NCBI GenBank assembly: GCA_051362555.1
Contig: CM120649.1
Location: 9,114,001 to 9,178,000, forward strand
Direction of reading: 5' to 3'
From: Lingula anatina
Lineage: Eukaryota; Animalia; Brachiopoda
DNA length: 64,000 bases
Shown here: positions 1 through 14,117 of the stretch, one piece after another
Layout: each line of letters starts with the position of its first letter
Position numbering within the stretch: position 1 is the stretch's first letter
Translations under genes and position numbers: made by a program
Notes under the pieces: model-generated
What the model saw: the letters and a program-made list of their open reading frames with translations, nothing else
Databases searched by the model: none
Told to the model about the DNA's origin: nothing

Positions 1-455
1 GACTCCATTCACATCTGTTGTAAGCCATTGGAGGACCACGGTTCAGCTGGTGATATGGATGTGGTATTGATTTAAAATTAGTCAGTGACAGTATGACAGT
101 ACATTCCATTTTGTGAAATACTTGGTTTCATTTGTGCACGAAAACGTTATCATATTATTAAATAGGAAAATTGACACTATTTGATGGCACAGATTTTTCT
201 GAAAGATTCTTTAATGATTGCACATTTTTCATCAGCTTTTTGCGGAACCGAATTTCAAAAGAACCAATGGATTGAGAAATGAATATTTTCACTGAAAGCT
301 GTTCTAATCACATACGTTTACACTCTGCCGTTATAAAATGGGGAGAAGAAACCCGTTTATCGGAAAGGCAACTTTTTTTCAGATTTATGGTGTACAAAAT
401 GACTTTCGGTGCTGTAAAATGGCTTTAATTTTCTAGTCCAACTTCTAGTTGTTAA

Positions 456-1008
456 AGGGATAATAACTCTTTGTTTTGGCCAAAAAATGAATTTTCCTGG
501 AGTAAACAATTTTCCCATACTTACCAATGGTTAATGAATCCATTTTTACATTCAAAATTAGTCCCTGTTTTTTTTTTCTAAAAAGTTTGCTTTTTTGTTA
601 TAATCTCTTAAGGGACCGTTCATATGAAAAATCTATTTTCTATTCGCGGTATCTTGTGATCACGGTCTGTGCCCTGAATACCCCGCGGCGTAATTACTGG
701 CAGCGCGACCCAGTTACTTCCCAAGCTGTAATTAATTCTCGGCTGCGCTCGGAATGATAACAAGATACCGCAAATAGAAAATAGATTTTTAGAAAATAGA
801 TTTTTCATATGAACGGTCCCTAAGGGATTATAACAGAGTGTAGCCATCAATGGAGGTCACGTGGTCTAAAGACAAACTCAGATATCAGAATAATAGCTAT
901 AACTGCCGTTTTTGTGGTATTGTATAACAGAATATATTATATTTCTGTGAGTTGTTCACAATGTTTTTATTGTGAAATGTAGATCTCATACAATGAGTTA
1001 TTATCCCT
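456..1008. mobile_element. Non-autonomous DNA transposon with TTAA target duplication (Kolobok-like)
   Basis: TIRs agggataataactc (456) / gagttattatccct (to 1008), flanked by TTAA at 452-455 and 1009-1012. AG..CT termini with TTAA fit Kolobok. A diverged relative of its left part lies near 37137-37345. Confidence 0.7.
612..820. mobile_element. PIF/Harbinger-type MITE nested in the TTAA element
   Basis: Long TIR gggaccgttcatatgaaaaatctattttcta / tagaaaatagatttttcatatgaacggtccc, with TAA duplicated at 609-611 and 821-823. Confidence 0.8.
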
Positions 1009-1679
1009 TTAACCGTGTACAGAATGACTATCGGTGCTGTAAAATGGCTTTAAATTTCTAGTCCAACTTCTAGTTGTTAACCAAGTCTAGTCTTGAAAAT
1101 AAATTGTTAAAAGTGGATATTATGAGAAGTAAAATCGTTTTTACGCATATAGCTTCCTTTTTTCATAGGGTTCACATAAATGTCAAAAAATAAGCACATA
1201 AAATTAGAGTTAAATAAAATAGTCCTAATCAGTATACCGGACTCAAAAATGTATCGTCTCTAAATTGAAAACTATCAGACCTTCAAAGATATTCATACCA
1301 TGGACACTGAAAACTTTTAAGATTAAAAGACATAAAGCATGATTTTTGATAGTGCACTTTAAATGTCCTCAATGTACCAAATATGATTTCAATTCATTTA
1401 AACACTTTGTCATTATATATAATTTTATTTGATGTAGTTATTAATTGTAATTATTTAGTTTATTTATTGTACAATTTAACTACTTCAAGTTGTAAGAAAG
1501 CGTTATCATTACTGAATGATACTTTGCACACCATGCAGGCCTTCCGCGGCGCGACCGTTCCGCGATCAAGCCGTTCAACTGTTCTCGGCCAACGGGGTCT
1601 TTCAAAATTAACATTGCTCTGACAGAGGAGAAATTCTTTCCAAATTACGGTCTTAAACCGTGCGTACAGTACTCTTTAC

Positions 1680-2230
1680 CAGGCCTACCCAACTACCAGA
1701 CTCGGCACCTAAGGATCCTGAATTAACCGGTATATCGGACCACGCTACCCGTTTTCAAGGTGTGTGTCAGATCGCATTTCGGAGTATCATACCCCAGAAC
1801 AAATTTTGTAGCACGACTGCGGGCTCATCCACGCTCGGCTGAACAACCTTAAACTGTACTCTTACTTTAGAGTACTCTATTTTATTGTCTCTATGGGGAT
1901 ATATGGGGACTTAACGACATTCGGTTTGAATGTTTTAACCACTTTTGATAGGGCTTTTTTGCATTGTATTAGATTAATGTGGCAGTCTAAGGTTCATCTA
2001 GGTGGCTTTCAAAATTATGCACCCGGTTTTAAAATCATATAGCGATTTTACGACAATCGTTTACTATCCAATCAAGGTGACAGCCGAGCATGTCAGGGCT
2101 TATCCTGTCGGTGTTCTGGCTGATACTCCGAAATGCGATCTGACACACACCTTGAAAACGGGTAGTGTGATCCGATATACCGGTTAATTCAGGATCCTTA
2201 GGTGCCGAGTCTGGTAGTTGGGTAGGCCTG
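1680..2230. mobile_element. MITE with about 110-bp TIRs, CAGGCC termini, 5-bp TSD (hAT5-like)
   Basis: caggcctacccaactaccagactcggcacc... is inverted at 2121-2230. TTTAC lies on both flanks. Same family as 46826-47137. Confidence 0.8.
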
Positions 2231-5200
2231 TTTACCATACAAACAGAAACACAAGGTTTATTTAAATAAGGACGACTTTTTAGGCACGAACGTGCAGGAA
2301 TGGAACAAAAGCCATCTGTTATGCAAAGTTCCACTTCGTAACAGTCGATTTTGTTTGATAGGTTGATTATCACAATATTGTGTGATTAAAGTGATGAAAT
2401 ATGGACAAACATTACTGAGACAACTTTAAACTACAAGCTATTTTCTTGTGACGTTTGAACACGACGACTGAAGGCCAAAAAACATTTTGAAACGCACATG
2501 ACCTGCGGAGAAAAGACTCCAATGGACGATTTCAATTACATTTTGACATATTTATCCAGAAGTTTGATACAAGCTTATTTTGAAGGGAAAATTTATATCT
2601 GAAACTCAAGGCATGCAGTACAATTGGTTATAGAACGTTTTTGTCTTTCTTCGTAAATCCTAAAAGACAAAGTGGTCGAATCATTGGTTCTATAAACTTT
2701 TTTTATAAAAGTAGGTGTCGATCTTGTTCTCAACACTCCATTGTTGGTGCCCTTATTGGGGAAGGATCAAATGTATAGCTTAAGCAGAAATGCAGTCACT
2801 CAAAGACTAAGGTGTCTCCAAACGCTGCACCAGAAAATCGATCGGTATATCGCAATAAGAATAAAAGTTTTAGACGAACAAAAATATTCCCGGTAAGTTG
2901 ACTAAGTGATTCTATGTAAAATACGACCCCTTAGGTACAAAACGCCCCTGTATTCTTTAAGTTTGTACCCGCAAAATGCAAAATACTCTCTCCTCCGGAT
3001 TTGAGACCTGGGACACCTCAACATTACAGTGTATGTGTCAGTACTTGGCAGGTGAACTATGTATCTATTCATTTAATTACCTAGATTCCGATGCATCAAC
3101 CACTTCGGACCATAGTGTAGGAAGCACTTCTTGGAGACACACGCGAGCCCTACTACTGTTTATAAATAAAAGTAAAAATAAAGTTGACAAATGGGACAGT
3201 ACAGCTACATTATCTATGGCGTGAGCGAGAAAGTTTATATAAGGAGCAGAAGTCCCGAGTCCTAGCGCCCAGCATAAGCCGCAACTGATGAAGAAGGTAA
3301 ATAAATAAATAGATTATCAAGTCATAATAATAATAATAATAATAATAAACAAATGATTAGTAATAAATAGATAAGTTAATTAAAAGAAATATGTTTTGTA
3401 ACAAGCTCAGACAATCAAAGAGCTTCTATATCCAAAAGGTTAGAACTGTTAGATCTGCAAAGACTTGTCCCATGGTATTTTAAAGAAATTAATTGATTTA
3501 ATATTTTAATATTAATTGAAATCTTTAATGGTGTGATTGAAAGAAACAGTTAAGATATAATATTTTAATCAGTGAATTATTTTGTTTAGTTGTTTTTATC
3601 ACTTTAGGGACAAAACAAAAAGATCTTTGTTTTAACGATGACGAAAATTATACACAGGCCGTATAACAGATACGCAAAAACATTTCGAGTATGTTTTTCA
3701 AATTAGGAATATATAATCACAGTCTTATTAAAAGTTATCATGTAAATTTTTACGAAGCAAAGATCCAAGCTGCAGCATCTAGTAACGCAATGCAGTGCGT
3801 CAAGATTTCAAGCTCGAGTGAACGAAGTGCGGGAAACGATACATAACCTCCACTGGAGAGGATAAAGGTCGTCTGGTGAAATGTTGTTTATGCTCATATC
3901 AAAGCACGCCCGAGCGTGCGGAGGCAGGCGGTGGTCGATTGAAATCTCGAGCTCTTTAAAATATTCAAATATTGCATTGAGATAGGCCTACATCTCAGAA
4001 GATTTTGTATGTTGGTCATAGGTCAGACCGGGAGCCCATACCGGTGTCCTCGAGACAGCTTAATTCCTATTATTTTTATATTATTAATGAGCTCTGTTCT
4101 TATAATTTTTTCGTTCAATTGCTGACATAATCTAGCCCACTTCTGACCTTTCCTGAAATTTTTATCAATCTAGATCTCATCATTACTTTTTTGTATAGTG
4201 TTGATAACAGACAAATATACTTTATTGATTGACAAATTGAATATCTATACATATTGGAATAAGTCATAAAATTTATATTCTAACAGTTCAAGTAATTTTA
4301 AAACACCACGAGAAAAAAGTAGTTGATTGAATGTGCCCTTGAATATATTCATTTTATGCTATTTATAGTTATATATTATACGGGTATTACTGCTAATCAA
4401 CTGAAAGAATCTAAAGCATAACGAGGTAAATATCCAGTTTTGAAGAAGGAATTCTTCTATAGTAGACAGCGTATGGAGTATTGCTCTCTACAAAAATCGC
4501 CCCGTTCATGAGAAGACGCGTTACTGTCTACCATTAAATGGGTAAATGAGGCAGAGCAAAGATGCTGTTGTTAATGCTGAATTAATTTTATTTTTACTTA
4601 AAAATAGAATAAAATTAATAATAGATAAAAAGGTATGTTTTCACGTAAATATTCGATCAAATATTAATTCTTATACGGCGTAGCATCCATTTTATATATA
4701 ATGAAAAGATAATTTTTTACCAATCTGATGAAATACAGTTTAAAATATTGAACGGACAACTTCAGTGAATTAAACCAAGAATTTCAAGTCTTTGATTAAA
4801 CCAGCCCGACTTATTCCACTATTAATTTAATAATTTTCACACGTTATTGAAATCTGGAGTTTTTTTTATACTGATGAAGTACTAACAATATATTGCAGAT
4901 TAAAGCTCGAAAGATTGTTAACGCATTGCATAAAATTGTTTTTGGTTTAAATTTGGCAGTTTTAATTGTGTAGTTTATTTAAAAACAACAGTTTTCACGC
5001 ACGCTCCTGTCAATATACAGAGACGGGCTACTTATTGCCCCGGCCCTTTATAAGGAACGAACAAAACCGGTAGTTTTTAATTTTACCTGGCCCCTAAAAT
5101 CATTATCTCGGCATTTTTTACCCGGTTTTACTTTTTATACCATTCTTATTTTTAAATGATCCAATAATATTCATTGGGTGTAAAAGAAGTATGATTAAAG

Positions 5201-5703
5201 TATGATTAAAGTATGATTAAAGTAATAAGTTCAGTTCGTATACGAAGTTCCGATTTCGTACGAGCACCAAAGAAATGATTATGGAACAACAAACATCGAC
5301 AACAACGTTAATTCATGTATAGTCATTTTACATCATATCCAGAAAAAGAATAACAACTGATTTTTAGTACAATTAAAAACACCTGTGAAAGAACCCGGGA
5401 CTCTTTCACGTTGTCAAATTTCAGTCTCTCGGTTGAAATAAGGAACCCGACGTTTTTTAACGCGCTGCAAAAAATAAATAAATAAATTAAAAAAATATAA
5501 AAAAAATAATAACATAAAATAAAATAAAATAAAATAAAATGCCCCCTGCCTCCAGAATGTTACGACATGTATTGTTATAGACAGGTATGAATCAAATTCA
5601 AACAGGATAATTCAGCTTTGATGGAAGCTGTAAAGCGCATGAATGACAGTTTTTTAAACAAACGTCAAACACACTCTTCTCTCCGAACATGTAAAACTCC
5701 ATA

Positions 5704-5965
5704 TCCTTTGATTGACAAGGTGCCAATCAAATTCAGTTAGTTTTGATAGTTGCTGTCAAGTAATAACAGCTTGATTGGCAGGTTATATAAACAAACGTCG
5801 ATCACAATCATTACACAGTGGATCAATATAGTCGACGAACACGTTTAGTTCAAGCTTCCTACACCCTTTGATTGACAAGATGCCAATCAAATTTTGTTAG
5901 TTTTGATAGTTGCTGTCAAGTAATAACAGCTTGATTGGCAGGTTATATAAACAAACGTCAATCAT
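5704..5965. repeat. Direct repeat, two about 100-bp copies at 160-bp spacing
   Basis: ctttgattgacaag(g/a)tgccaatcaaatt...ggttatataaacaaacgtc occurs near 5706 and near 5866. Confidence 0.8.
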
Positions 5966-6676
5966 CGCGCACTGTGATTTCTCTCGCTGTGAAACAGTGA
6001 GTACGCCGAAAGAGAGCGCTCAAATCTGAAGTTAGTAATTAACTTGCAAAATATTTCAAGGGAATATATACAACGTGTTTCCAAAACTAGTTCTCTTTCT
6101 GAACCCTTCAGCATGTCTAATACGACACTCTAGATTACAAACTTTTTTGTAAAAGGAAGAATTAAGCAAACGAAACCAATTTAAAAACTGATTCAAGCAA
6201 AGAAATATGACACGATGATATGTAACCTGGCACGATATCTTAGCCAAGCAGGAAGGCTTCGGCATGAGATCTAATCTAATTTGATCCAATTTGATCTCAT
6301 TTGATTCAATTTGATTTAATTTGATTTATTTAAGTAGTTTATTTATTTAAGTACTCAGGTACTATTATTATTGTTATGATGATTATGATTGCGATTATTA
6401 CTATTATAATTATTCTTTGTAATAACCCTATAGTTGTTGTAACTATAGTCGTTGTAACATTTGTACCAGTTCTAGACTGATGGTCCTCAAGAGACCAAGG
6501 TAATAAATAAAAATGACATTTGATGTAATTCTGGAGGTAGCGCATGAGTCATTTCAAAATTAGTACAACTATGTGCCCCAGTATGTGCGTGGAAGAAGGA
6601 AGAAGAAATGTATTTGCATTATGTGTGGAATATTGACAGATTCTTTTACTGTCAAAGTCTACTCTCTGCAAAATAA

Positions 6677-6711
<35 letters not shown>

Positions 6712-7005
6712 AACGACACTAATTCATCTTCATTAAAGGTGACATTCGTGTTGTGGTTGAGGTAAGTGGTTTTTGACGGGGCTAAATGTTAGCAAGGACC
6801 TGTGATAATAAGTGAATGGGAAACAAAAAAAAAATATCTGTAAACAAAAATATTATATCCTATTTAACAAACAAACCGCTACTCTTGTAACTATTTTGTT
6901 AGTTTATTTTACTGCAGTAAAGCGAGGATAAAATAGTTCAAATCGACCTCATAGTGCCGTTGTTTTTGCGACTTCAGCTGCTGCGTTTAGGTGAAGGGGC
7001 GAGGA

Positions 7006-7285
7006 CAGGGACAGATCCAGGATTATTAGAAGGGGGGTCCGGAACGACAGTCCTTGGATGCAAAGCGGACCATCGCTCCTTTGGTGTGGGGTTTGGGGCC
7101 TGCTCAACGGCCCCGACAAAAATGGTGTTTTGGAGAGCAAACAGTGCCCTTTGGTACGGTTTAGAAATATGATTTAACTAGTCAAAATTCTAATTTCAAG
7201 AGGGGAATATTGATGTGATATATTTTTCAGAAACCGAAGGGGGGCCAGGACCCCCCTGACCCCCCCTCCTCTAAATCCGCCACTG
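7006..7285. mobile_element. Degenerate TIR element (cagggacagatccagga ... ctaaatccgccactg)
   Basis: Imperfect terminal inverted repeats with internal G/C runs. No TSD recognisable. Confidence 0.5.
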
Positions 7286-8125
7286 GGTAGGCCTGTTATC
7301 GCAATTATTCTGGAATCTTTGTTTGGCATTGGATTACGTTACTTCCATAGATGACTACCCTCTGTAAAAAACTCTTAAGAGATTATACAAATAACCAAAT
7401 TTAAAAAAAGGGACTAACTGTAAAATTCATTTAAGGCCAAAATGAACAGTTGCTATTTCTTCAATGTCTTTTTGCGCCATAGAGGCAGTGTTGGGAAAGT
7501 CAGCTGTGGTTTCAAAAATTAAAACAGAATAAGAAACGGTAATTCCAAATTAACACGAGCAATGTCTCTTAGGGCATCTTTTGTTTAAATGACTTATGCA
7601 ATTCATGTTTCTTGTTCAGGATGCGATGAACGAGTGAAACTAATACCTGTATAACACCCTTTACACTGGTTGGCGTCCTTTGTGCGATCATGAAACTGGC
7701 ATCGCTGTGGTCGTAGAAAGGTTGTTTTGGTCGGATGTTTTGTTTGAATGTTTGGTAGGATGTTTCGGTCGGTTGTTTGGTCCAGCATCTTTTTGGACAA
7801 GCTCCCCATTTGAACCAGCAACTTATTTTCCTAAGTGGCAAACACTGGATACATTTGACATTTGACTAAAAAGGATTACTTTCTTTTCAATAAATTTGCA
7901 TACTAGTAAGTCCAAACGTGTTTGAAAATATATGTGTGTGTGTGTGTGTGCGTGAGCGCATGCGGAGGTGGGGATGGGGCAGTGAGCGATCAGGTCATGA
8001 ATACGACCAGAAATTTTGATGAAATTGAGGCTTTTTTTGGCATGTAGATTTCATTTGGTCTGTCAGAAGTAATTTGTGTGCATTACAACGAATGTACTGT
8101 CGTTTATTTTGTATTTTTAACAAGC

Positions 8126-8291
8126 CAGGCCCGTAGCCAGCAAATTCAAAAGGGGGTTCTTTTTCTGAAAAAGTGCACCTTTTACAATAAAACTTATGTG
8201 CACCTAGATAAAATTTTACCCAAAATGGACCTTTTCCTGACAAAAGGGGCGGTTCTTTCGAACCCCCCGAACCCCCCTGGCTACGGGCCTG
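8126..8291. mobile_element. MITE with CAGGCC termini and near-perfect 5-bp TSD
   Basis: TIR caggcccgtagccag / ctggctacgggcctg. Flanks are CAAGC and CAACC (1 mismatch). Confidence 0.75.
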
Positions 8292-9005
8292 CAACCGGTG
8301 ATCTTTTGTAAACAGGATCGGGAGACGAAACAATTTTTTAATGTGTGGGTGAGTATCGGTGCTGGGGAGGAACGGCATGGGGACGTAAAGAGACGTAACG
8401 ACTCCCCAGAAACCATACCCCCCCCCCCCCTCTGCATCGATACGTCACTGCACCGATACATCCCCGCACCGTTTCTCCCCACAGAATATATTCCCTTTGC
8501 TGAAAATGCAACATCCAAACTCCATTCTTAATTATGAAACCTTGGCGTTATATGTTTTTCAACAAAAGTATGCAAAATTAAACGAGACTCACCTTTTTGA
8601 AAAGTCGTGAAAATTACCGAAATAGTTACATAAATCGGGGCTCCGTATTACTTATATGTTTCAGGGCAAAAGGCGTATGCAGCTCTATCCTATGGTATTC
8701 TTTCTTTTTCCATCGATTCATAGTTCTTACTAACAGGGTTTTACTCTTTTTCTTATTTTTTTCTTTTCTTGTTTGTTTTGTTATTGCATTCTTATAAGCC
8801 GGCGACTGTATTGTGCGCAAACAAAACCTGTGCATTGTCACGTTTTACCGATATAGATAACTAACAGCGCTGAAGTACGATATTATGAGTCTCAAATACC
8901 ATCTAAAAGTTTGAAGTTTTATACAAGTGAGAGGAGAGAGAAAAGCCCAAAAATCTAATGATTAAAATGAGTTTTTTTTTATATTCAACAATGAAATAGA
9001 GAATT

Positions 9006-9416
9006 ATCAGTACCCGTGTTGAAGGCTTGTCGAGCCGTCTACAGGAGATGATTGCAGTACGCGGTAGACGCACACGCTATTAGGCACGTGCCCTTTAACG
9101 AGCACACCCTAATGCTAATTGTGTGTGAATTTGGTGACATTTGATGGCGTCTTTTCAATTTAATAGACATTTGTTTACATCTGTAGAAGGCATAGTGAAA
9201 CAGTGGATTTGAGGAGGTGCCTCATATAAATTTTACTAAATGATATAAAATATGTATATTTTCACCACTATTTTGTATTTTTTAAACCATGAATCATGTT
9301 AGACACATTATCTGTAATAAAAAGCACTATTTCTAACAATTTACAGCTGTGATGTGATCATTTGTAATTAAAAGTACGTGGAAATGGGGGTGGGACAACC
9401 TTTTTGACCAATGTTG
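9006..9416 (+). mobile_element. Tc1 transposon 3' remnant
   Basis: Translates as ISTRVEGLSSRLQEMIAVRGRRTRY, matching the Tc1 C-terminus (compare MPCRMRALQAAAGGHTRNY in the 55.6-kb element). It ends in a TIR-like ...ctttttgaccaatgttg followed by TA. Confidence 0.55.
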
Positions 9417-9679
9417 TATGTTGGGGTGTTCCGTATAAATCGGTTTAACCTTGTCGTCTGATAACAGAAAGCAGAGTCACATTTTTAAATAGACAATCTA
9501 ATATAGTCAGGTCAGATTACCAAGAAACGCGAGGCTGAAAATAAAAGGTGCGCTGCAACCTTACGCGTATTTAACCTCTGAACATTTTCGTTTATGGGTC
9601 GCTGTACATCATTTGCTAAGAGGATATCTAGATATTTTTTATTATTCTGTTTTTCGAAGGGCCTGTGCTGTCCCGAGCA

Positions 9680-11696
9680 TTTTTATGTACAGACACAGAT
9701 GTGTCTGTACATATTGCCATCACCTGCGTCTGTCGTCGCCGATCATGTCGCCGTCGCCGTCGCCGTCGCCGTGCACTTTCAGCGTTAACACCATAAGTGG
9801 AAGACAGTTTTACTTTTTGGCTTTATATTTACAGAGCTGACTAATATTCATAAAACGCAGGTCAAGTTCGAAAATCAGCATGATCGGGCCATTATTGTAG
9901 AATTTATGCTGTTTTTTCACTTTTTAGCATATATGCAACACTGTTAACACATTCCAAGGAAAACCGATGGGCCTGTTGTCATGAAACTCACAGGAGTAAT
10001 CATTCTTACTAAAACACAGGTCAAGTTCGAAAATCAGCATAATCGGGCCATTATTTTATAAGTTATGATGTTTTTTCACATTTCCTCAGATTCAATTCTT
10101 AGGCATGTTAACAGTCTCATTATTTAACTAATAAGATTCGCAAAAGTGTTTGTTTGACATTTCCTGCATCTTTACAACATTGTTAGTTGATTATGTAAAA
10201 ATGATGGTAAACTTGGTATCATGTATTGTATAATAGAGTTTCAAAAATGGAAATAAACTCATATCATTGCAGTTTGTCAGATTTAATCATTCACTATGTT
10301 CAGAAACTCCTAATGGAGGAAATTGGACATTAAACACTGTTCTGTTGATATTTTTCCCATCTCATCAATTTTCTTAGTTGATCATATAAAAATGGCAGTA
10401 AATTGTTAATTTTGTTATATGTAAAAAAATTGTTAAAAATGGAAAAAAAACACATTTCAGGACAGTGCTGTCTTGTCTACATTTTGGCATTTTCAAGGTG
10501 TGACTTTGAAGTTCCATGGGCCTGAAGACCTTTGCTAGGCACATTTTCTGAATATCCATGATATTAATATTTTATTATTAAAAATTGATGGTTATTATCC
10601 TGTTAAACATTATGTAATATTGCATCAAAATTTGAAGAAACCCCTATTTTGGACACTGCCCTCATGATGACCATTTAAGGAAAACCATGTCACTTTCTGT
10701 TCTCAAACTTACAGGAAGAAACATGGGACTTAAATAAAGCTTCAGTGGGCAATGTAGTCTATTTGGTAAATTTTTCTGGCAGTTAATCAGTCTTTTGTGA
10801 AAATTTAATTTTTCACATATTGGCATTTTCAAGGTGTGACTTAGAACCTCCACGGGCTCTAAGACCCATGCTAGTCACATTTTCTGAAAATCCATGATAT
10901 GGATCTTTTATTATTAAAAACTGATGGTTATATGCTGTCAAGCATTATGTAATATTGCATTAAAATAGAAGAAAACACAATTTTGGGTGCTGCTGCCATG
11001 ATGACCATTATGGGAAAACCACGCTACTTATGATTGTCAAACTTTCAAAAAAGAAACAAAGGACTAAAATGCAGCCTGAGTTGGAAAAGCAGTCTAATTG
11101 GCTTCTTTTTAGAGATATATTTATTTTTATCATGTTGGCATATTCATTGTGGGACTCGAAGCTCCCATGGACATGAAGCCAAATGGTAATCAAATTTTCT
11201 ACATGTCCATGCTATTTATAGTCAATAATAAAAAATTGGTGATAATTATTCTGTAATTTATTATGTAATGTTACATCAAAATTGACAAAAATCTTTTTGC
11301 ACTGCTACTACAAACATTATGAAAAGAAAACTGTGTTACTTATTATTATTTTCAACTTACAAGTATGATTTGTAGGATTGGCATGCAGTTCAAATAAGAA
11401 AGCCAGCTCAAATGGGTTATCATTTATTATTGAATTTAAGCAGTTTTATGTGAAATTTTCATTTTTCTCATTCTGGCATTTTCAAAGTGTGACCTAGTAC
11501 TCCCATGGGCCTGAAGCCTTACGCTTGTTACACATTTCACTTACATTGGTATTACCTGTTGAGCATAATTAAAATTTGATGTTGAATTTGCAGTTAGGCA
11601 TAATGTACTTTTGCATCAGAATTGACAGTGGCCTATTTTGTGCATTGTTATTGTCTGCTTTTTGTCTGTACATTTGACAGCTTTGCTGCCTTGTTT
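9680..11696 (+). mobile_element. Non-autonomous Helentron (HINE/DINE-1-like), family 1 copy A
   Basis: Starts with a T-run, then the 5' palindrome tgtacagacacagatgtgtctgtaca and a (cgtcgc)n microsatellite. Contains internal tandem repeats of about 160 bp and about 340 bp. Ends with 3' subTIR gtctgtaca, hairpin cagc-ttt-gctg and cttgtt. A full inverted copy lies at 34341-36611. Confidence 0.8.
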
Positions 11697-12604
11697 GGTT
11701 TTTCTATAAAATTCGATTATAGCATTTTCAATTAACGAATGTCTGCAAACGCATGGACATATTTTGCACAAAAGAAGTTAAAAACATAGTAAGATTAAAA
11801 CAATATAAGCATTTAAATATGCTGTTTGCTTCGTGCATGGGTAAACTAGATGGTTTCATAGATGACAATATATCTTTCCTATCTTACACATCAACTCCAG
11901 GAATGGCTTTCATAGGCCTATAGGAAAGGGGGGGGGGGTCCCACACAAACTAATATAAAGCAAGTGTTTCGTCTGCCATGAAGTCTGTACAAAGTTTGAA
12001 TCATCAAAGGTAAAAGGGAAAAAATCATATACATGTAGTTGGTGTACATGTAGTGTGGCTCTCACTTCCCGCTTAAGACCGATAACTCCCAAATAAACAT
12101 TGTGCGTGGCACCCAACCCAACAACGTGATACCTGCTGGACCCAAGACTAATATCGAACTACGTGTGTGGTTGAATGCTATAACGCTTTTTTTTTACTAT
12201 GATAGCAGAAGTAGTTTTTAAGGACAGCAATAGATAAAAAACCTCGAGATTAGAAACTGCATGGTCAATTGAACAACAGTGTAAAAAGTCTAGAACCACC
12301 ACAACACGTACATGTTATGCAAGGAAAAACAACAACACAACTAACAAAAATCCTTGAAACATAGACTACGTTTACCGATCATTCTCGTCATCAACCCTTT
12401 TTTCTCCAGGATCTACCTTAAGTAAATAACCTCTGTACCACACATTGTTGTTACTACATGGAATATATTATTATTATTGTTGCTGTTGTTATTGTTGTTG
12501 TTTTGTGGACCGAAAATTAAACATGCTGCAAACCTCAGGGCCACGCACACGTTAAGATTGAGGCTTGACCATTTGAAGACCGATAGGTTAGCTTGTATTC
12601 CTAA

Positions 12605-14117
12605 GACCGCATTCACAACGATTTGAGCCAGGCTTTACAAATCCTGGGACTATGGCGGACGTACATGAAAGGAAAACCGCCTAATCTTTAAGAAGTCTCT
12701 CCGCCTCTCACACGCCTCCCCACACGTTGTCCCTGCGGGGTCATCCCCAGAAATGCACTGCATGACGTCACGCCTAGCCCACTGCGCATGCGTGCATTTT
12801 TAATGAGTTGCTAGATTGCCACAGGAAAATGAATGGGTTCGCGATTCGTGGGTAATTCGTGAGAATTGACAAACTAACGGCCTGATGCCGATAGACAGCA
12901 ACGCTGTGCTATGCTTCAAGCAACTCCTGACCAAATATCGCTAGGGTTTTTAAAAAAATTCTGTTGTACACACGTACTAAGAAGTTTGCCGTATATTGCC
13001 TAGACTACCCTCAGCAAAGCGCAAATATTTTCAGTAATAGTGATTTTAGACGGTTGATTCACTCAGAAACAAAGGGAAATTAATTCGTTGCCGATAGCAC
13101 CAGCTGATAGCAGTAACATACAGAGTCTGATTAAAAAATTTCATGGCAATTGAAGATTTTTTACCACTGTACAATGGAGTCCAAAAAGAGCACTTGGCAC
13201 AAATGTAAAACTGCTCAGTGCAAGGCCAAGAATTCAATCACTATTTTCAATCATATTGTCAGATTCTACATAAATTGACTGACCATATCACTACTCAGTA
13301 TTTAACTAATCTCTAAATCCAAAATCCCTATCATCATTTAATAATTATGCAAAATTCTTATTTCAGATTGCTATTTATTTAAATTTTTAATGCTGCAACT
13401 GTTCCAAAATAATCTTGTAGTAAAGGAAAAATGCAAATAAGAAGTGGAAGACCAATTTTACCCACAGTATTCAATTATTTGAATATAAAAAGAATAAGAT
13501 CACGATTTAACAAATTAAAATAATCTTTCATGAACTCTTTCATAAATAACATATTAAACAAAAATGAAAGTTATAAATCAGTGGTAATGGCTTATTTTGG
13601 AATATATGACCTCTGTACACCATCAGTACCTGACTTAGTAGGCCTACATTATAGTTACTACTTGGATACAGAGTTAGATTTAATAATGTAACAATAAGAA
13701 CAATATATATTATAATAATAAACTTCTCTGCACATATCAGACACTTGTTACCATGAACTAACACTACTTGACAATGGGCTGAGCACTTATCACAGAGTCA
13801 GTGTGCGATGCCATTCTTGTGCTGTGATTGGTTAGTTGAGTCACGTGAAGCCCTACTGTTGCGCCCTCGCGTATCGCGTCAATGCTGCACATTTCTGGCC
13901 ATGGTACAGTCATTAAACCCATCATTAAATCATTAAATCTTCTACATGGCGAACGGAGCCGAGATTTAATGACTGTACCCCGCAGGGACGACGTGTGGGG
14001 AGGCGTGTGAGAGGCGGAGAGACTATTAAAAGATTAGGCGGTTTTCCTTTCATGTACGTCTACCATATTTAGTCCCAGGATTTGTAAAGCCTGGCTCAAA
14101 TCGTTGTGAATGCGGTC
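12605..14117. mobile_element. 1.5-kb non-autonomous TIR element (probably PIF/Harbinger)
   Basis: Inverted repeats of about 135-140 bp, gaccgcattcacaacgatttgagccagg... / ...cctggctcaaatcgttgtgaatgcggtc. Flanks are TAA and TAC. No transposase ORF seen inside. Confidence 0.75.

Noticed and set aside
3240-3350. ctgatgaag followed by (TAAA)/(TAA)n as a Penelope end or hammerhead ribozyme
   Set aside because: There is no stem II followed by GAAA. Other CTGANGA sites inspected by eye also lacked the hammerhead fold.
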